Shown here piece by piece: positions 20,844-29,172 of a stretch of DNA of 37,614 bases. The notes beneath the pieces were generated by a model. The model was not told where the DNA came from. It worked only from the letters and a program-made list of their open reading frames with translations, and did no database searches. Source of the stretch: a virus; the IMG/VR virus record IMGVR_UViG_3300045988_158900. One strand, given 5' to 3'. A program made the position numbers and the translations under genes. Numbering within the stretch: the first letter of the stretch is position 1; each line of letters starts with the position of its first letter.

Positions 20844-20872
20844 ATTGACAAACACAAATAAGCGTGTTATAA
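20844..20872 (+). promoter_or_regulatory. Consensus promoter (TTGACA-N17-TGtTATAAT)
   Basis: Exact -35 and -10 hexamers with extended -10. Confidence 0.6.
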
Positions 20873-20905
20873 TAAATACAGAAATTAAGAAATGAGGTAC
20901 GCAAA

Positions 20906-21094
20906 ATGAAGAACATCTATGAAATCGAGAACATCATCGACGAAATCCCCGCTGATGACTGGGCTGGCATTTGTAATCTGATGGACTACTACTATCAGTC
21001 GAATTTCTCCGCTGACGCTGAACAGAGACTGGCAAGGGCAATTGCTCCTTACGGCTTGACCGCAGAGGAAATCCTGGCCTGGGACGCTGAGTAA
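20906..21094 (+). CDS. Hypothetical small acidic protein, 62 aa
   Basis: Track ORF with RBS AAATGAGG upstream. Confidence 0.55.
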   Translation: MKNIYEIENIIDEIPADDWAGICNLMDYYYQSNFSADAEQRLARAIAPYGLTAEEILAWDAE

Positions 21095-21138
21095 GCGTCC
21101 TATTTTTTTGCGGTTGGATTGTTAAAACTTTAACGAGC

Positions 21139-21203
21139 ATCGTCGCGCTCATCAGGCACGTGGCGCCCCGAAATATTATACCACAACAGCCCACCAGTTG
21201 TCA
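21139..21203. repeat. Half copy (right arm plus hairpin) of the palindromic promoter element, carrying a leftward consensus promoter
   Basis: Minus strand reads CTTGACA-ACTGGTGGGCTGTTGTGG-TATAAT, facing a GC hairpin. Confidence 0.5.
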
Positions 21204-21324
21204 AGAGAAAAATGCGAAAATTTTGCACAAAATTTGCTATCCCGATTTGTGTAGTTTGCCAATAGACAAAATGAAATAAGCGTGTTATAATGAATACAAC
21301 AAAAACAACAAAGGAGATACACAC

Positions 21325-21633
21325 ATGATTAACATTCGTTCTATCCGCAAGCTGGGCAATAATGACGGGCTGACCCTCAAAATGGGCAAAAAGGTAAACT
21401 ATAAATCCGGCTGGCAGGTTGCCACAGAGGGCATCGAGTGTAAGACCGCACAAGAAGCCATTGACGCGGTGAGAGACTACGGCGGCAATTGTGGCGTGTG
21501 GTTCAGCGAGGGCATTTATTACATCGACAAAAGCAAGCGCGTGGCGACAAAGCGCGAGGCTATGGAAATCGGCAAAGCGTGCAATCAAATTTCCGTGCTG
21601 AAATGGGCGACTATGACGCTTGCCTACTGTTAA
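21325..21633 (+). CDS. Hypothetical protein, 102 aa
   Basis: Track ORF. Promoter ATAGACA-N17-TGTTATAAT and RBS AAAGGAGA upstream. Terminator follows at 21638-21670. Confidence 0.6.
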   Translation: MINIRSIRKLGNNDGLTLKMGKKVNYKSGWQVATEGIECKTAQEAIDAVRDYGGNCGVWFSEGIYYIDKSKRVATKREAMEIGKACNQISVLKWATMTLAYC

Positions 21634-21637
21634 AATA

Positions 21638-21670
21638 ATAGGGCGAAAGCCCTATTTTTTTTTTATTTTT
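21638..21670 (+). terminator. Intrinsic terminator
   Basis: Hairpin ATAGGGCGAAAGCCCTAT followed by a T-run. Confidence 0.7.
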
Positions 21671-21742
21671 TTTGAAAAAACTATTGACAAATCGCGTTTA
21701 ACCTGCTATAATTAAACCATCAAAAGAGAGGAGCTAAACGCT

Positions 21743-21934
21743 ATGACAAACTTTGAACAGTATCTCGAAAACCTGATGGGCATGAAGAAAGCGGAAATCA
21801 TCAACGAGGGCATCACCTGGGGCATCTGGGCGAACACCGAGGGCAACAAAGCCGAGTTGATGAAATGGAAAAAAGTTCTGCTGGCGCGTTCCCTCGCCGA
21901 CCGGCTGGAAAGACTGGAAAAGCGGGGCTACTAA
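21743..21934 (+). CDS. Hypothetical small protein, 63 aa
   Basis: Track ORF. Promoter TTGACA-N17-TGCTATAAT at 21685 and RBS AGAGAGGAG. Terminator at 21936-21962 (ACAAGGGCGAAAGCCCTTGT followed by T8). Confidence 0.6.
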   Translation: MTNFEQYLENLMGMKKAEIINEGITWGIWANTEGNKAELMKWKKVLLARSLADRLERLEKRGY

Positions 21935-22008
21935 GACAAGGGCGAAAGCCCTTGTTTTTTTTATATGGCATTATGCCCATAATTCGGTTGGAAATTTTGG
22001 TGATTTTG

Positions 22009-22112
22009 CCTATTGACATCCTGCCCCATTTATGTTATACTCGGTCGCGCGCCCACGGCCCTGGCGCGCGAAATTTACCATTATACCATGTCCCAGCAAT
22101 TTTGTCAATAGG
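22009..22112. repeat. Palindromic promoter element copy 1 (PE1): face-to-face consensus promoters flanking a GC hairpin
   Basis: CCTATTGACA...TGTTATACT on plus, a GC hairpin (GTCGCGCGCC cacggccct GGCGCGCGA), and the reverse complement of TTGACA-N17-TGGTATAAT on minus, ending ..TTGTCAATAGG. Confidence 0.65.
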
Positions 22113-22140
22113 CAAATCAAACAAAAATCATACATTCTGA

Positions 22141-22164
22141 ATCCCGAAATTTGTGCATTTTGAC
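22141..22164 (+). promoter_or_regulatory. Conserved upstream box ATCCCGAAATTTGTGCATTTTGAC preceding a class-2 promoter. Example of about 9 copies.
   Basis: Variants of the same motif recur 20-40 bp after each palindromic element, at about 21247, 23192, 24978, 26877, 29294, 30933, 32235, 33892 and 34989. Confidence 0.5.
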
Positions 22165-22224
22165 TATTGACATTCACGCGCCCCTGTGCTATACTGTATA
22201 CATAAAACAGAGGAAGTCATGAGT

Positions 22225-22497
22225 ATGACGCGTGAGTACAAGGTTCGGTTCATCGACAGCGAAGCCCAGCATAGCGAGACTGCCACTATCCAGTGGGATG
22301 TTGATACCAGCATCTGCGACCTTATCGAGGAACAGCTCTATATCCTGTGGGAGTTGCGCCCTTTGGAGCGTGAGTGGCGGAGACAGTTCTGTACCAATGG
22401 TTGGACGCGGTTTATATATGGCCTATATGAGCAGTTTTCTGTGTCCTATCCCTGGGATAATTCCAATATCATCACCGTTGAAAAAATCCAGGCTTGA
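22225..22497 (+). CDS. Hypothetical protein, 90 aa
   Basis: Promoter TTGACA-N17-TGCTATACT and RBS GAGGAAG lie 8 nt before ATG at 22225. Terminator CCAGGCTTGACCTGG followed by a T-run overlaps the stop. Confidence 0.55.
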   Translation: MTREYKVRFIDSEAQHSETATIQWDVDTSICDLIEEQLYILWELRPLEREWRRQFCTNGWTRFIYGLYEQFSVSYPWDNSNIITVEKIQA

Positions 22498-22577
22498 CCT
22501 GGATTTTTTTATTTTATGCTTGACAACAACCAATAGGTGTGCTATAATTGTATTATCAAATGAGGGAGGTATTCAAG

Positions 22578-22799
22578 ATGGAATACAGTGTGGTAGTCAA
22601 TAATGTTGAGGTCGTGCGCGTGAGCGGTGATGAAGCCGCGTGGAACAAGTTTGAAATGGCGTGTGAGTTGGTGCGGCTGATGCTGGCTGATGGTGGCTTT
22701 GGTGAAGCGTGGGCTGAACTCCGCGAGATGAACAGCGAACCTATCGCCCGCTTTGATGAAAAGGGTATGAGCGAGTGCGGCGCAGTCCGCGGAATGTGA
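22578..22799 (+). CDS. Hypothetical protein, 73 aa
   Basis: Promoter CTTGACA-N17-TGCTATAAT and RBS GAGGGAGG before ATG at 22578. Confidence 0.55.
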   Translation: MEYSVVVNNVEVVRVSGDEAAWNKFEMACELVRLMLADGGFGEAWAELREMNSEPIARFDEKGMSECGAVRGM

Positions 22800-22809
22800 G
22801 GTGCGACAA

Positions 22810-23007
22810 ATGAACGCTAAGGGATACACATTTTGCGGCGGAGCTGATGAACGGGATGTTCTCCGCTATGGCGAGTACCTGACCGATGAACAGTATACCA
22901 CATGGGACAAGCACTATTACCGCCTGCGCGCTATCCGCTACAACGGTAAACTGTACTGGCACAAGATGGTGGACGGCGAACTGGTTGAATTTAAGGTTTT
23001 GATTTAA
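22810..23007 (+). CDS. Hypothetical protein, 65 aa
   Basis: RBS GAGGTG lies 7 nt before ATG at 22810. Terminator GAGCCAAAATTTGGCTC followed by T7. Confidence 0.5.
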   Translation: MNAKGYTFCGGADERDVLRYGEYLTDEQYTTWDKHYYRLRAIRYNGKLYWHKMVDGELVEFKVLI

Positions 23008-23050
23008 TAATAAATGAGCCAAAATTTGGCTCATTTTTTTGTGCATTTTG

Positions 23051-23153
23051 CCTATTGACAAAATAGCATTTTTATGGTATAATTTTGGCCGCGCGTCTAC
23101 GACCCTGACGCGCGGAAATTCCATTATACCACAGCCCAGCCAATTTGTCAAGC
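23051..23153. repeat. Palindromic promoter element copy 2 (PE2)
   Basis: Same architecture: CCTATTGACA-N17-TGGTATAAT, hairpin GGCCGCGCG tctacgaccctga CGCGCGG, then reversed TATAAT/TTGACA. Confidence 0.65.
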
Positions 23154-23269
23154 ATTTTGTGTTCGGTATTTTCAACAATTTTTTATCCCGAAATTTGTGC
23201 AATTTGACGGTTGACAATGCTCAGTAGGTATGCTATACTTATACCATCAATTAAAGGAGGTCATTCACA

Positions 23270-23446
23270 ATGGCTACTATCGCAATCCTCGCAATCCTCG
23301 CCCTCGCTGGCTTTGCTGGCGTTCAGTGTGTCGGCGGGTATATGGTCTATCGTCAGACGCACGACTGGCACTTCCTCATTGGCTCTATCCTATATGGCGT
23401 TGCCTGTATCGGTCTGGTGCGCTTCGTGTTCAATATGGGGTGGTAA
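23270..23446 (+). CDS. 58-aa small membrane protein (MATIAILAILALAGFAGV...)
   Basis: Promoter GTTGACA-N17-TGCTATACT and RBS AAAGGAGG lie 8 nt before ATG. Two hydrophobic segments. Below the track length cutoff. Confidence 0.55.
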   Translation: MATIAILAILALAGFAGVQCVGGYMVYRQTHDWHFLIGSILYGVACIGLVRFVFNMGW

Positions 23447-23447
23447 T

Positions 23448-23771
23448 ATGGAAAACTACACTATGTCGAACCATCTGACAGAGGAGCGGGCTAACCGACT
23501 CGCCCTCTTACAGGAATACCTCGGATATTCCGACCGCGTGATGATTGAGGTCATTGACCAACGCCAAACCGCCCGTCTGCGTTTGCTCTCGACTGGCATC
23601 ATCTTGGTGCTGGACTTATATGAGAATTTCATCATCACCGCATACCCCGCAACTTTTGAACGGGCTGTCGCTATATACAAGAGTGCGGGCAAAAACCGTC
23701 TGCCCCAGCAGTTGGTCAAACGCATTCGCAAGAATGAGGAACGCCACCCTGAATTTTATGTGGTGAAGTAG
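23448..23771 (+). CDS. Hypothetical protein, 107 aa. The only island gene ending in TAG.
   Basis: ATG lies 1 nt after the upstream TAA. The 5-prime part of track ORF 23211..23771 overlaps the membrane peptide and lacks an RBS, so the start was moved to 23448. Confidence 0.5.
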   Translation: MENYTMSNHLTEERANRLALLQEYLGYSDRVMIEVIDQRQTARLRLLSTGIILVLDLYENFIITAYPATFERAVAIYKSAGKNRLPQQLVKRIRKNEERHPEFYVVK

Positions 23772-23842
23772 AAAATTGGGGCTTGACAAACAAGCCCCTA
23801 TCTGCTATAATAAATAATACCAAGAGAAAGGAGAATACCAAA

Positions 23843-24073
23843 ATGGAATTTATTGAACCCCCTATCTATGTCAAGTTGAGCGATGAAGAGCGCAATTCAC
23901 TCCATGAAGCCTATGTTATTCTAAATGACCTCGCGACTGCCGCCGAAGAAGATGACAGCGAATACATTGGCAACCCGCTAACTGGTGATGGCTATGGGCG
24001 GTTTGATGTGAGCCAAGCCGCTGAAATCTGCCGAGTGTTCGCGCCTGCTGAAAAACTGGAAATTAGTAATTGA
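23843..24073 (+). CDS. Small acidic protein family, copy 1 of 3 tandem paralogs (76 aa)
   Basis: RBS GAAAGGAGAAT. The segment EPPIYVKLSDEERNSLHEAYVILNDL aligns with copies 2 and 3. Confidence 0.6.
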   Translation: MEFIEPPIYVKLSDEERNSLHEAYVILNDLATAAEEDDSEYIGNPLTGDGYGRFDVSQAAEICRVFAPAEKLEISN

Positions 24074-24087
24074 GGGAGGAAAACAAA

Positions 24088-24315
24088 ATGGAAGTTATTA
24101 AACCCCCCATCTATGTCAAAATGACAGAGAAGGAGCGGAAAACCCTGCGCGATGCCTATGATATTCTGAATGAACTGTATGACGTCATCGCCGATAATGA
24201 CTGCGAGTATGTGAGCGATACTTGCGGGAATAACTATGACAGAGTGGACGTTGCGCTTACGGCTAATGTGCTTCAAATGCTTGCCCCCACTGAAAAAGTG
24301 GAAATCGGCAAATAA
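24088..24315 (+). CDS. Small acidic protein family, copy 2 of 3 (75 aa)
   Basis: RBS GAGGGAGG. The segment KPPIYVKMTEKERKTLRDAYDILNEL aligns with copy 1. Confidence 0.6.
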   Translation: MEVIKPPIYVKMTEKERKTLRDAYDILNELYDVIADNDCEYVSDTCGNNYDRVDVALTANVLQMLAPTEKVEIGK

Positions 24316-24330
24316 AAGGAGGTAAAACAA

Positions 24331-24561
24331 ATGAACATCATTACCTCAAACGTTCAGGTTCAACTCACCCAAGAGGAGAAGGACAAACTCCAAGACGCCC
24401 GCGAGGTTATTTCTCACCTGTTTGATTTGATGTATGACTACGAACAAGAATACGCTATTTCCAACATTGGCGAAAAGTATTCTATGGGCCAAGTCCGTGA
24501 TACCTCAAACCTGCTGGCCGCGCTTATCGGGTCTGATAAAATGCGGTTAGAAAATAAATAA
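24331..24561 (+). CDS. Small acidic protein family, copy 3 of 3 (76 aa)
   Basis: RBS AAAGGAGG. Same length and conserved ..LT.EE...L.DA..V...L..... pattern. Terminator at 24567-24591 is directly followed by the next -35 hexamer. Confidence 0.5.
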   Translation: MNIITSNVQVQLTQEEKDKLQDAREVISHLFDLMYDYEQEYAISNIGEKYSMGQVRDTSNLLAALIGSDKMRLENK

Positions 24562-24649
24562 AAAAAATGTGGGAGAAATCCCACATTTTTTATTGACAAC
24601 ACAACCAGTAGGTGTAGTATAATGTAGACAATGAAACAAGGAGGTAACA

Positions 24650-24856
24650 ATGACCACATTTCAAATTCGAGAGGAACTGGCGAACCGCTACAATTTAGAA
24701 ATCCGCAATGTCTGCTGTTATCACTGTGAATACTGGGGCTACAACCGCGGCAAGGTGCTGAATAGCGTGGGCGAGAGTAAATGTATGAAGCGCAAGAACG
24801 AGCGCACTTGGTGTCGTCAATTCTGCCGGGGTTTCGTTCCGAAATCAGGAAAATAA
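24650..24856 (+). CDS. Cys-rich zinc-binding small protein, 68 aa
   Basis: Track ORF with RBS AAGGAGG. Cysteine pattern CC-H-C ... C..C...C. Sequence MTTFQIREELANRYNLEIRNVCCYHCEYW... Confidence 0.55.
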   Translation: MTTFQIREELANRYNLEIRNVCCYHCEYWGYNRGKVLNSVGESKCMKRKNERTWCRQFCRGFVPKSGK

Positions 24857-24907
24857 ATCATTTGGGCTGGATAAACAAAAATCCAGCCCAATTTTTGTAT
24901 AATTTTC

Positions 24908-24966
24908 CACTTGACATTTTCGGCCGCGCGCTCACGAATGTGGCGCCCGGCATTTTTGTCAATAGG
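24908..24966. repeat. Palindromic promoter element copy 3 (truncated: arms plus hairpin, without -10 boxes)
   Basis: CCACTTGACA, hairpin, then ATTTTTGTCAATAGG. On plus the hairpin is followed by T5, so it is terminator-like. Confidence 0.5.
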
Positions 24967-25068
24967 TATACTTCACAAATTTTTCACCGCAATTTTGTGC
25001 ATTTTGACGATTGACTTCTATCCCGTAATACGGTATAATGGCTATACTGAAACAAGGAGGTAAGAACA

Positions 25069-25287
25069 ATGGAGTTGAAGAAAGCGTATCAGATGGTTTT
25101 CAGCGACCTGCATAATTGTCCTATGTTCCAAGGGCGGTATGACGCCATCAATGGCAATCCCTACTTTATGTTCGGCATTGAGACGGTTATGGAGGTAATC
25201 GCCAATCGCGCCTATGATGATGATTTTACCGAGAATTTCTCCAATGAATTTACTGACAATATGTTAAGGAGTAGAGAAAGTGTTTAA
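25069..25287 (+). CDS. Hypothetical protein, 72 aa
   Basis: Box plus promoter GATTGACT-N17-CGGTATAAT and RBS AAGGAGG. Track ORF. Confidence 0.55.
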   Translation: MELKKAYQMVFSDLHNCPMFQGRYDAINGNPYFMFGIETVMEVIANRAYDDDFTENFSNEFTDNMLRSRESV

Positions 25288-25465
25288 TATTGTATTGGCA
25301 CTAATCGTCGTAGGCGGGTGCGCGTGGGCGATTATCCACTTTATCCTCTGGCGAGACGAGAAATACTTATCCACCGAGGAGCAAATCCGCGAAATGATGG
25401 ACGAAACGTCCATTCCCACTGACACGCTGTGGAGTATGTATAACAAACTGACAGAGGGGCGTTAA
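25280..25465 (+). CDS. Small membrane protein, 61 aa (GTG start)
   Basis: RBS AGGAGTAGAGAAA-GTG. N-terminal TM helix MFNIVLALIVVGGCAWAIIHFILW. Confidence 0.45.
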   Translation: MFNIVLALIVVGGCAWAIIHFILWRDEKYLSTEEQIREMMDETSIPTDTLWSMYNKLTEGR

Positions 25466-25601
25466 TGCCCCTCTTGTTGGGTTTAGTCCTGGCTAACTAC
25501 ACGGAACAAAAAACTAATCCTGTGAGAATATAACTACAACAAAAATTTTTCTTGACATTTTCAAATAAATGTGGTAATATTATTATACTGAAAAAGGAGT
25601 G

Positions 25602-26078
25602 ATGACTGTGAACGCAATTATTCTATTCATTGTCTGTACCGCTATCAATGTGGTGCTGTCCACCATTAAGTCTATTTTGACTGTCAAAGGCAATAAGTGG
25701 ATTGCCGCCAGTATCAATGCGCTGACTTATGGCTTCTATTCCTATGTCATTATCCTGACCAACATTGACGGCGTTTCTACGTTGGCAAAAATGGGCATCA
25801 CCGCCGCCTGTAATTTCGTTGGTGTGCTGGCGGTCAAGTGGGTCGAGGAGCTGGCGCGCAAAGAAAAGTTGTGGAAAATCGAAATGACTGTTCCTACTAA
25901 GTATCGAGCCGCTGTGGATTTTGACCTGCGAGACATTCCCCACTCATACATTGAGATTAGCAACAAACATACACTATTCAATTTCTATTGTGCCACGCAA
26001 GCCGAGAGCAAAAAGGTCAAGGACATTGTAGCACAGTATGGCGCAAAATATTTCGTAGCAGAAAGCAAAAATTTGTAA
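25602..26078 (+). CDS. Membrane protein with three TM helices and a C-terminal soluble domain, about 158 aa. The start may instead be GTG at 25608.
   Basis: Promoter CTTGACA-N17-TGGTAATAT and RBS AAAAAGGAG. Hydrophobic N-terminal half. Function unknown (superinfection-exclusion-like topology). Confidence 0.5.
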   Translation: MTVNAIILFIVCTAINVVLSTIKSILTVKGNKWIAASINALTYGFYSYVIILTNIDGVSTLAKMGITAACNFVGVLAVKWVEELARKEKLWKIEMTVPTKYRAAVDFDLRDIPHSYIEISNKHTLFNFYCATQAESKKVKDIVAQYGAKYFVAESKNL

Positions 26079-26144
26079 AATAGGGGTTGACAAATCAGCC
26101 CCTATGTGTTAGAATGGTATCATCAAATAAGGGAGGATAACAAA

Positions 26145-26294
26145 ATGGAAATGATTAAAGTTTTCAATGACCACACTGGCGAAATCCTTGAAAAGACGTT
26201 CGTAGACCCCGCGGACGCGGACGACTTCGAGTTCATTCTCGACTTCCTTGAAACGAGATACGAACGCTACCACAACGGCGAACAAATCTACTAA
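26145..26294 (+). CDS. Small acidic protein, 49 aa
   Basis: Hairpin-embedded promoter ATAGGGGTTGACAAATCAGCCCCTAT..TGTTAGAAT and RBS AAGGGAGG before ATG at 26145. Confidence 0.5.
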   Translation: MEMIKVFNDHTGEILEKTFVDPADADDFEFILDFLETRYERYHNGEQIY

Positions 26295-26307
26295 GGAGGG
26301 CGCGACA

Positions 26308-26505
26308 ATGGAAATCAAAGATGTGTACTACAACGTTGAGTGGTGGGGCATAACCACTTGGGGCGAACGCTTCACTAATAGCGAATGGTTCAAGGATGAA
26401 AATGAAACTCTGTCGTTCATCGCGAATGACCTGGCGAATGACCCGCTTGTTCGCGGAGCGACCTTCACCACACACAAAACCATCGTATTTAAGAGAGGAG
26501 AATAA
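26308..26505 (+). CDS. Hypothetical Trp-rich protein, 65 aa
   Basis: RBS TAAGGAGGG before ATG at 26308. Sequence MEIKDVYYNVEWWGITTWGERF... Confidence 0.5.
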   Translation: MEIKDVYYNVEWWGITTWGERFTNSEWFKDENETLSFIANDLANDPLVRGATFTTHKTIVFKRGE

Positions 26506-26507
26506 AA

Positions 26508-26705
26508 ATGTTTACTGCTCTGTTTTTGGTACTGGTATGCCTTGGCATCGACTTCCTGTTCTCTGCTGGCTTCTCCCCGCCATTGGCATCGTGTCCATCG
26601 GCTCTTTCGTTATCGCGTTCTCGTGGAAACTGGTGCTGGTGTTTTGGCTCATTGTCGCAATCCTGCGTTCCATCTTCCGCGTCACTGTCAAGAGTTAATA
26701 AATGA
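26508..26705 (+). CDS. Small membrane protein with ambiguous frame. The ATG/RBS frame (26508..26705) and a -1 frame (26540..26698) both look coding.
   Basis: RBS AGAGAGGAG before ATG at 26508 gives a TM start MFTALFLVLVCLGIDFLF followed by a low-complexity tail. The -1 frame gives two clean TM helices (MPWHRLPVLCWLLPAIGIVSIGSFVIAFSWKLVLVFWLIVAIL). Possible frameshift or indel. Confidence 0.35.
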   Translation: MFTALFLVLVCLGIDFLFSAGFSPPLASCPSALSLSRSRGNWCWCFGSLSQSCVPSSASLSRVNK

Positions 26706-26745
26706 AAAATCTCCCAAATTTGGGAGATTTTTTTTGTTTATTTTG

Positions 26746-26848
26746 CCTATTGACAAAAACCCCTATTTGTGGTATACTCGGCCGAGCGCCCACGGCCCTG
26801 GCGCTCGAAATTTCCATTATACACCCTGCCAGCAATTTTGTCAATAGG
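26746..26848. repeat. Palindromic promoter element copy 4 (PE4)
   Basis: CCTATTGACA-N17-TGGTATACT, hairpin CGAGCGCC cacggccct GGCGCTCG, then reversed TATAAT..TTGTCAATAGG. Confidence 0.65.
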
Positions 26849-26985
26849 TAAATTGAACAAATTTACCCAAGCGCGCATCCCGAAAGTTTGTGCGAAATGA
26901 CCAAGAGCAGAATTGAAAAAAACTGTTGACAAATCGCGTTTTATCCTGTATAATAGCATTACAATCAAGAAAGGAAGTTGATACT

Positions 26986-27432
26986 ATGACTATCTATCTG
27001 GACATGGACGGGACTATCGCCGACCTGTATGGCGACCCTAACTGGCTGGCAAAGCTGGAAGCCGCGGACACGAGCGTATATGCGGACGCCCGCCCGCTTG
27101 TCCACTTCTCCACCCTCGCCCGCTATCTGAACCGCTTACAGGCGCGGGGCTACAATATCGGCATCATCAGCTGGCTGTCCAAGAGCGGAACGGATAAGTT
27201 CAATGCCGAAGTTGCCGAAGTCAAGCGCGACTGGCTGGCAAAGCATCTCCCCAGCGTGGAATGGGATGAAATTCATATTATCCCCTATGGCGTTCCTAAG
27301 TCCAACTGTGCGACCTGCCCCAACGCGATTTTGTTCGATGATGAACAGCGCAACCTCAACGAGTGGACGGCAAACACCCACAATATGGCATACAACGCCG
27401 ACCTTCTAATGGAAATTCTGCGCAACCTGTAA
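26986..27432 (+). CDS. 5-prime(3-prime)-deoxyribonucleotidase, HAD superfamily (NT5C-like), 148 aa
   Basis: N-terminal HAD motif I IYLDMDGTIADLYG and later ILFDDE. Box plus promoter TGTTGACA-N17-TGTATAAT. RBS GAAAGGAAGTTGATACT-ATG is shared with the two cassette A genes. Confidence 0.65.
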   Translation: MTIYLDMDGTIADLYGDPNWLAKLEAADTSVYADARPLVHFSTLARYLNRLQARGYNIGIISWLSKSGTDKFNAEVAEVKRDWLAKHLPSVEWDEIHIIPYGVPKSNCATCPNAILFDDEQRNLNEWTANTHNMAYNADLLMEILRNL

Positions 27433-27544
27433 AAAAAATAGCAAATAGGGGTTGACAATCTCACTCCTATTTGCTATAATATGTAATGTAATTAAGGTAT
27501 GGGACACGATGGTAAGCCCAACCAAGAGAAAAGGAGAATGAACA

Positions 27545-28201
27545 ATGAAAAATATCTACTGCACGCTGGATACTGAAACGGTAGGCGGCGCGGCTCGCCC
27601 CACGGGAATGTATAATGTGGGCGCGATTATCCACGACCGCAAGGGCGAAATTCTCGCCACCACTTCCCTGCTGGTGATGGAGCATTATGACGAAATCGCC
27701 CTTGATGGCTACGCCAAGAAGAATTTTCCGGTGTATGCCGAACGGCTCAAAACTGGCGAAATCTCCGCTATCGCCACGGAGCGCGAAGCCTATGAGGTAG
27801 TCAAAAACCTGTGCGACCATTACGGCGTTCGCTATGTGATGGCATACAATTCCGGTTTTGACTTCTGCAAGACCTGTTTCCGCGACCTGCTGGATAATTT
27901 CGAGTTCATCGACTTGTATCTTATGGCACTGGAAACTATCACCCACAAAAAGTCCTATGCGGAATATTGTCGAGAACACGGCAAGCGTTCCAAGAATGGC
28001 AAGACCTGTGCAACCTCTGTCGAAGCGGTGTATGGTTATCTCCACGATAATCCTGACTTTTCCGAAGAACACACCGCCCTGTCTGACGCTATGCAGGAAA
28101 TGGAAATTTTCCTCGCCTGTCAGAAGATGCACAAGCGATACACCAAGAACGTCCACGCATGGGACGCACCTTTTGAGGTAAAATGTTTTCCCAAGTTTTG
28201 A
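27545..28201 (+). CDS. DEDDh-family 3-prime-5-prime exonuclease (DnaQ/RNase T-like), 218 aa
   Basis: Exo I CTLDTETVG, Exo II YVMAYNSGFDFCK, Exo III HTALSDAMQEMEI (H-x4-D). Preceded by a 10-codon uORF MVSPTKRKGE (27508-27540) inside a conserved leader. Confidence 0.7.
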   Translation: MKNIYCTLDTETVGGAARPTGMYNVGAIIHDRKGEILATTSLLVMEHYDEIALDGYAKKNFPVYAERLKTGEISAIATEREAYEVVKNLCDHYGVRYVMAYNSGFDFCKTCFRDLLDNFEFIDLYLMALETITHKKSYAEYCREHGKRSKNGKTCATSVEAVYGYLHDNPDFSEEHTALSDAMQEMEIFLACQKMHKRYTKNVHAWDAPFEVKCFPKF

Positions 28202-28268
28202 GATTGGGGCTTGACAGCCCCTTTCTCATGTGGTATAATGACTATACTAAGACAAGGAGGTAAGCGAA

Positions 28269-28484
28269 ATGCCTATTAAGCAAGTGCTTTTTAAGGGCGA
28301 CCATTCTGATGGTGTTCAGGCTGGCATTCAGCTTGAAAATGGTTTCGTAATCTGTGCCTGTTGCGGCGGAGTATTTGAGCCTGATGAAATCGAAATTCTC
28401 CACGTGTTCGATTATTGGGTTGACTTCTCCGAATGGATTGGCGACCCTGACCTGACTGAATACCGTAAGCACGACACCCCGTAA
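28269..28484 (+). CDS. Hypothetical small protein, 71 aa (4 Cys)
   Basis: Hairpin-embedded promoter GGGGCTTGACAGCCCC..TGGTATAAT and RBS CAAGGAGG. Track ORF. Confidence 0.55.
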   Translation: MPIKQVLFKGDHSDGVQAGIQLENGFVICACCGGVFEPDEIEILHVFDYWVDFSEWIGDPDLTEYRKHDTP

Positions 28485-28558
28485 AAAAAGTTTGGAATGG
28501 GGGTTGACAACGCCCCCATTCCATGCTATAATAACATTACAAATTCAAGGTAGGGGAA

Positions 28559-29089
28559 ATGATGGTAAGCCCCACCAACAGAAAAGGAGAAAAAACTATA
28601 AAAGCTCGCTATGCTAACCTGACTAACTTCAATCGCGTGGTCAATACCTACAAATGGATGGTTTCCAAGTTCGGAAGTAAGGAGTTCTCCTCTGAGGACT
28701 TTAAACAGGCAAAGCGCAAGTATCGGCGATACACCTACAATTCCCTTGCGTTTCTGCGGGACGAGGGTATCATCAAGGTAGTCCGCACCGAACAGACCAC
28801 CAAGGAAATTAACCTGTCTCCGTGGGAAGCGGACATTTGGATGATTGACAAGGATGGCAGCGCCCTGATGACCGAGTATGACTGGGTACGTTTGCCGGAC
28901 GTGGCGCAGAACGCTCTGCGTGCTCTGAATGGACAGAATTTCCGCACGGAGCGCAAGGACACCAAGACTGTGGAAGTGGAAAAGTCCATTTACACGGTCA
29001 ATCCTGATGGTATGCTGGCATGCGCAAGAGGTATGGGCGTCTGTTGGCTGAAAGGGCTGACGCGCTGGCGGGCGAAATCGCAAACCTGA
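28559..29089 (+). CDS. Hypothetical protein, 176 aa. Its N-terminus MMVSPTNRKGE is homologous to the uORF of the exonuclease leader.
   Basis: Promoter GGAATGGGGGTTGACAACGCCCCCATTCC..TGCTATAAT. The leader is about 85% identical to the 27480-27545 leader, but here it is fused in-frame to the ORF. Confidence 0.5.
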   Translation: MMVSPTNRKGEKTIKARYANLTNFNRVVNTYKWMVSKFGSKEFSSEDFKQAKRKYRRYTYNSLAFLRDEGIIKVVRTEQTTKEINLSPWEADIWMIDKDGSALMTEYDWVRLPDVAQNALRALNGQNFRTERKDTKTVEVEKSIYTVNPDGMLACARGMGVCWLKGLTRWRAKSQT

Positions 29090-29172
29090 ACGAAAAGCGG
29101 GACGCATTTCTCGCTTGTCAGTTCTAACAAAAATGAGGGGAGTTTTCCCCTCATTTTTTTTGTATAATTTTC

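Noticed and set aside
19050-20855. Track ORFs in the operator hub and promoter region (19050..19304, 19226..19498, 19550..19825 -, 20288..20626 -, 20307..20507, 20511..20855 -)
   Set aside because: No RBS or promoter context. They span palindromic operators and skewed low-complexity tracts. Their translations are repetitive (CPLCRVCPCP..., runs of R/S).
23211-23447. 5-prime extension of track ORF 23211..23771 (186 aa)
   Set aside because: The first 79 codons overlap the well-supported 58-aa membrane gene in another frame and lack an RBS. A clean ATG at 23448 follows the upstream stop, so the gene was trimmed to 23448..23771.
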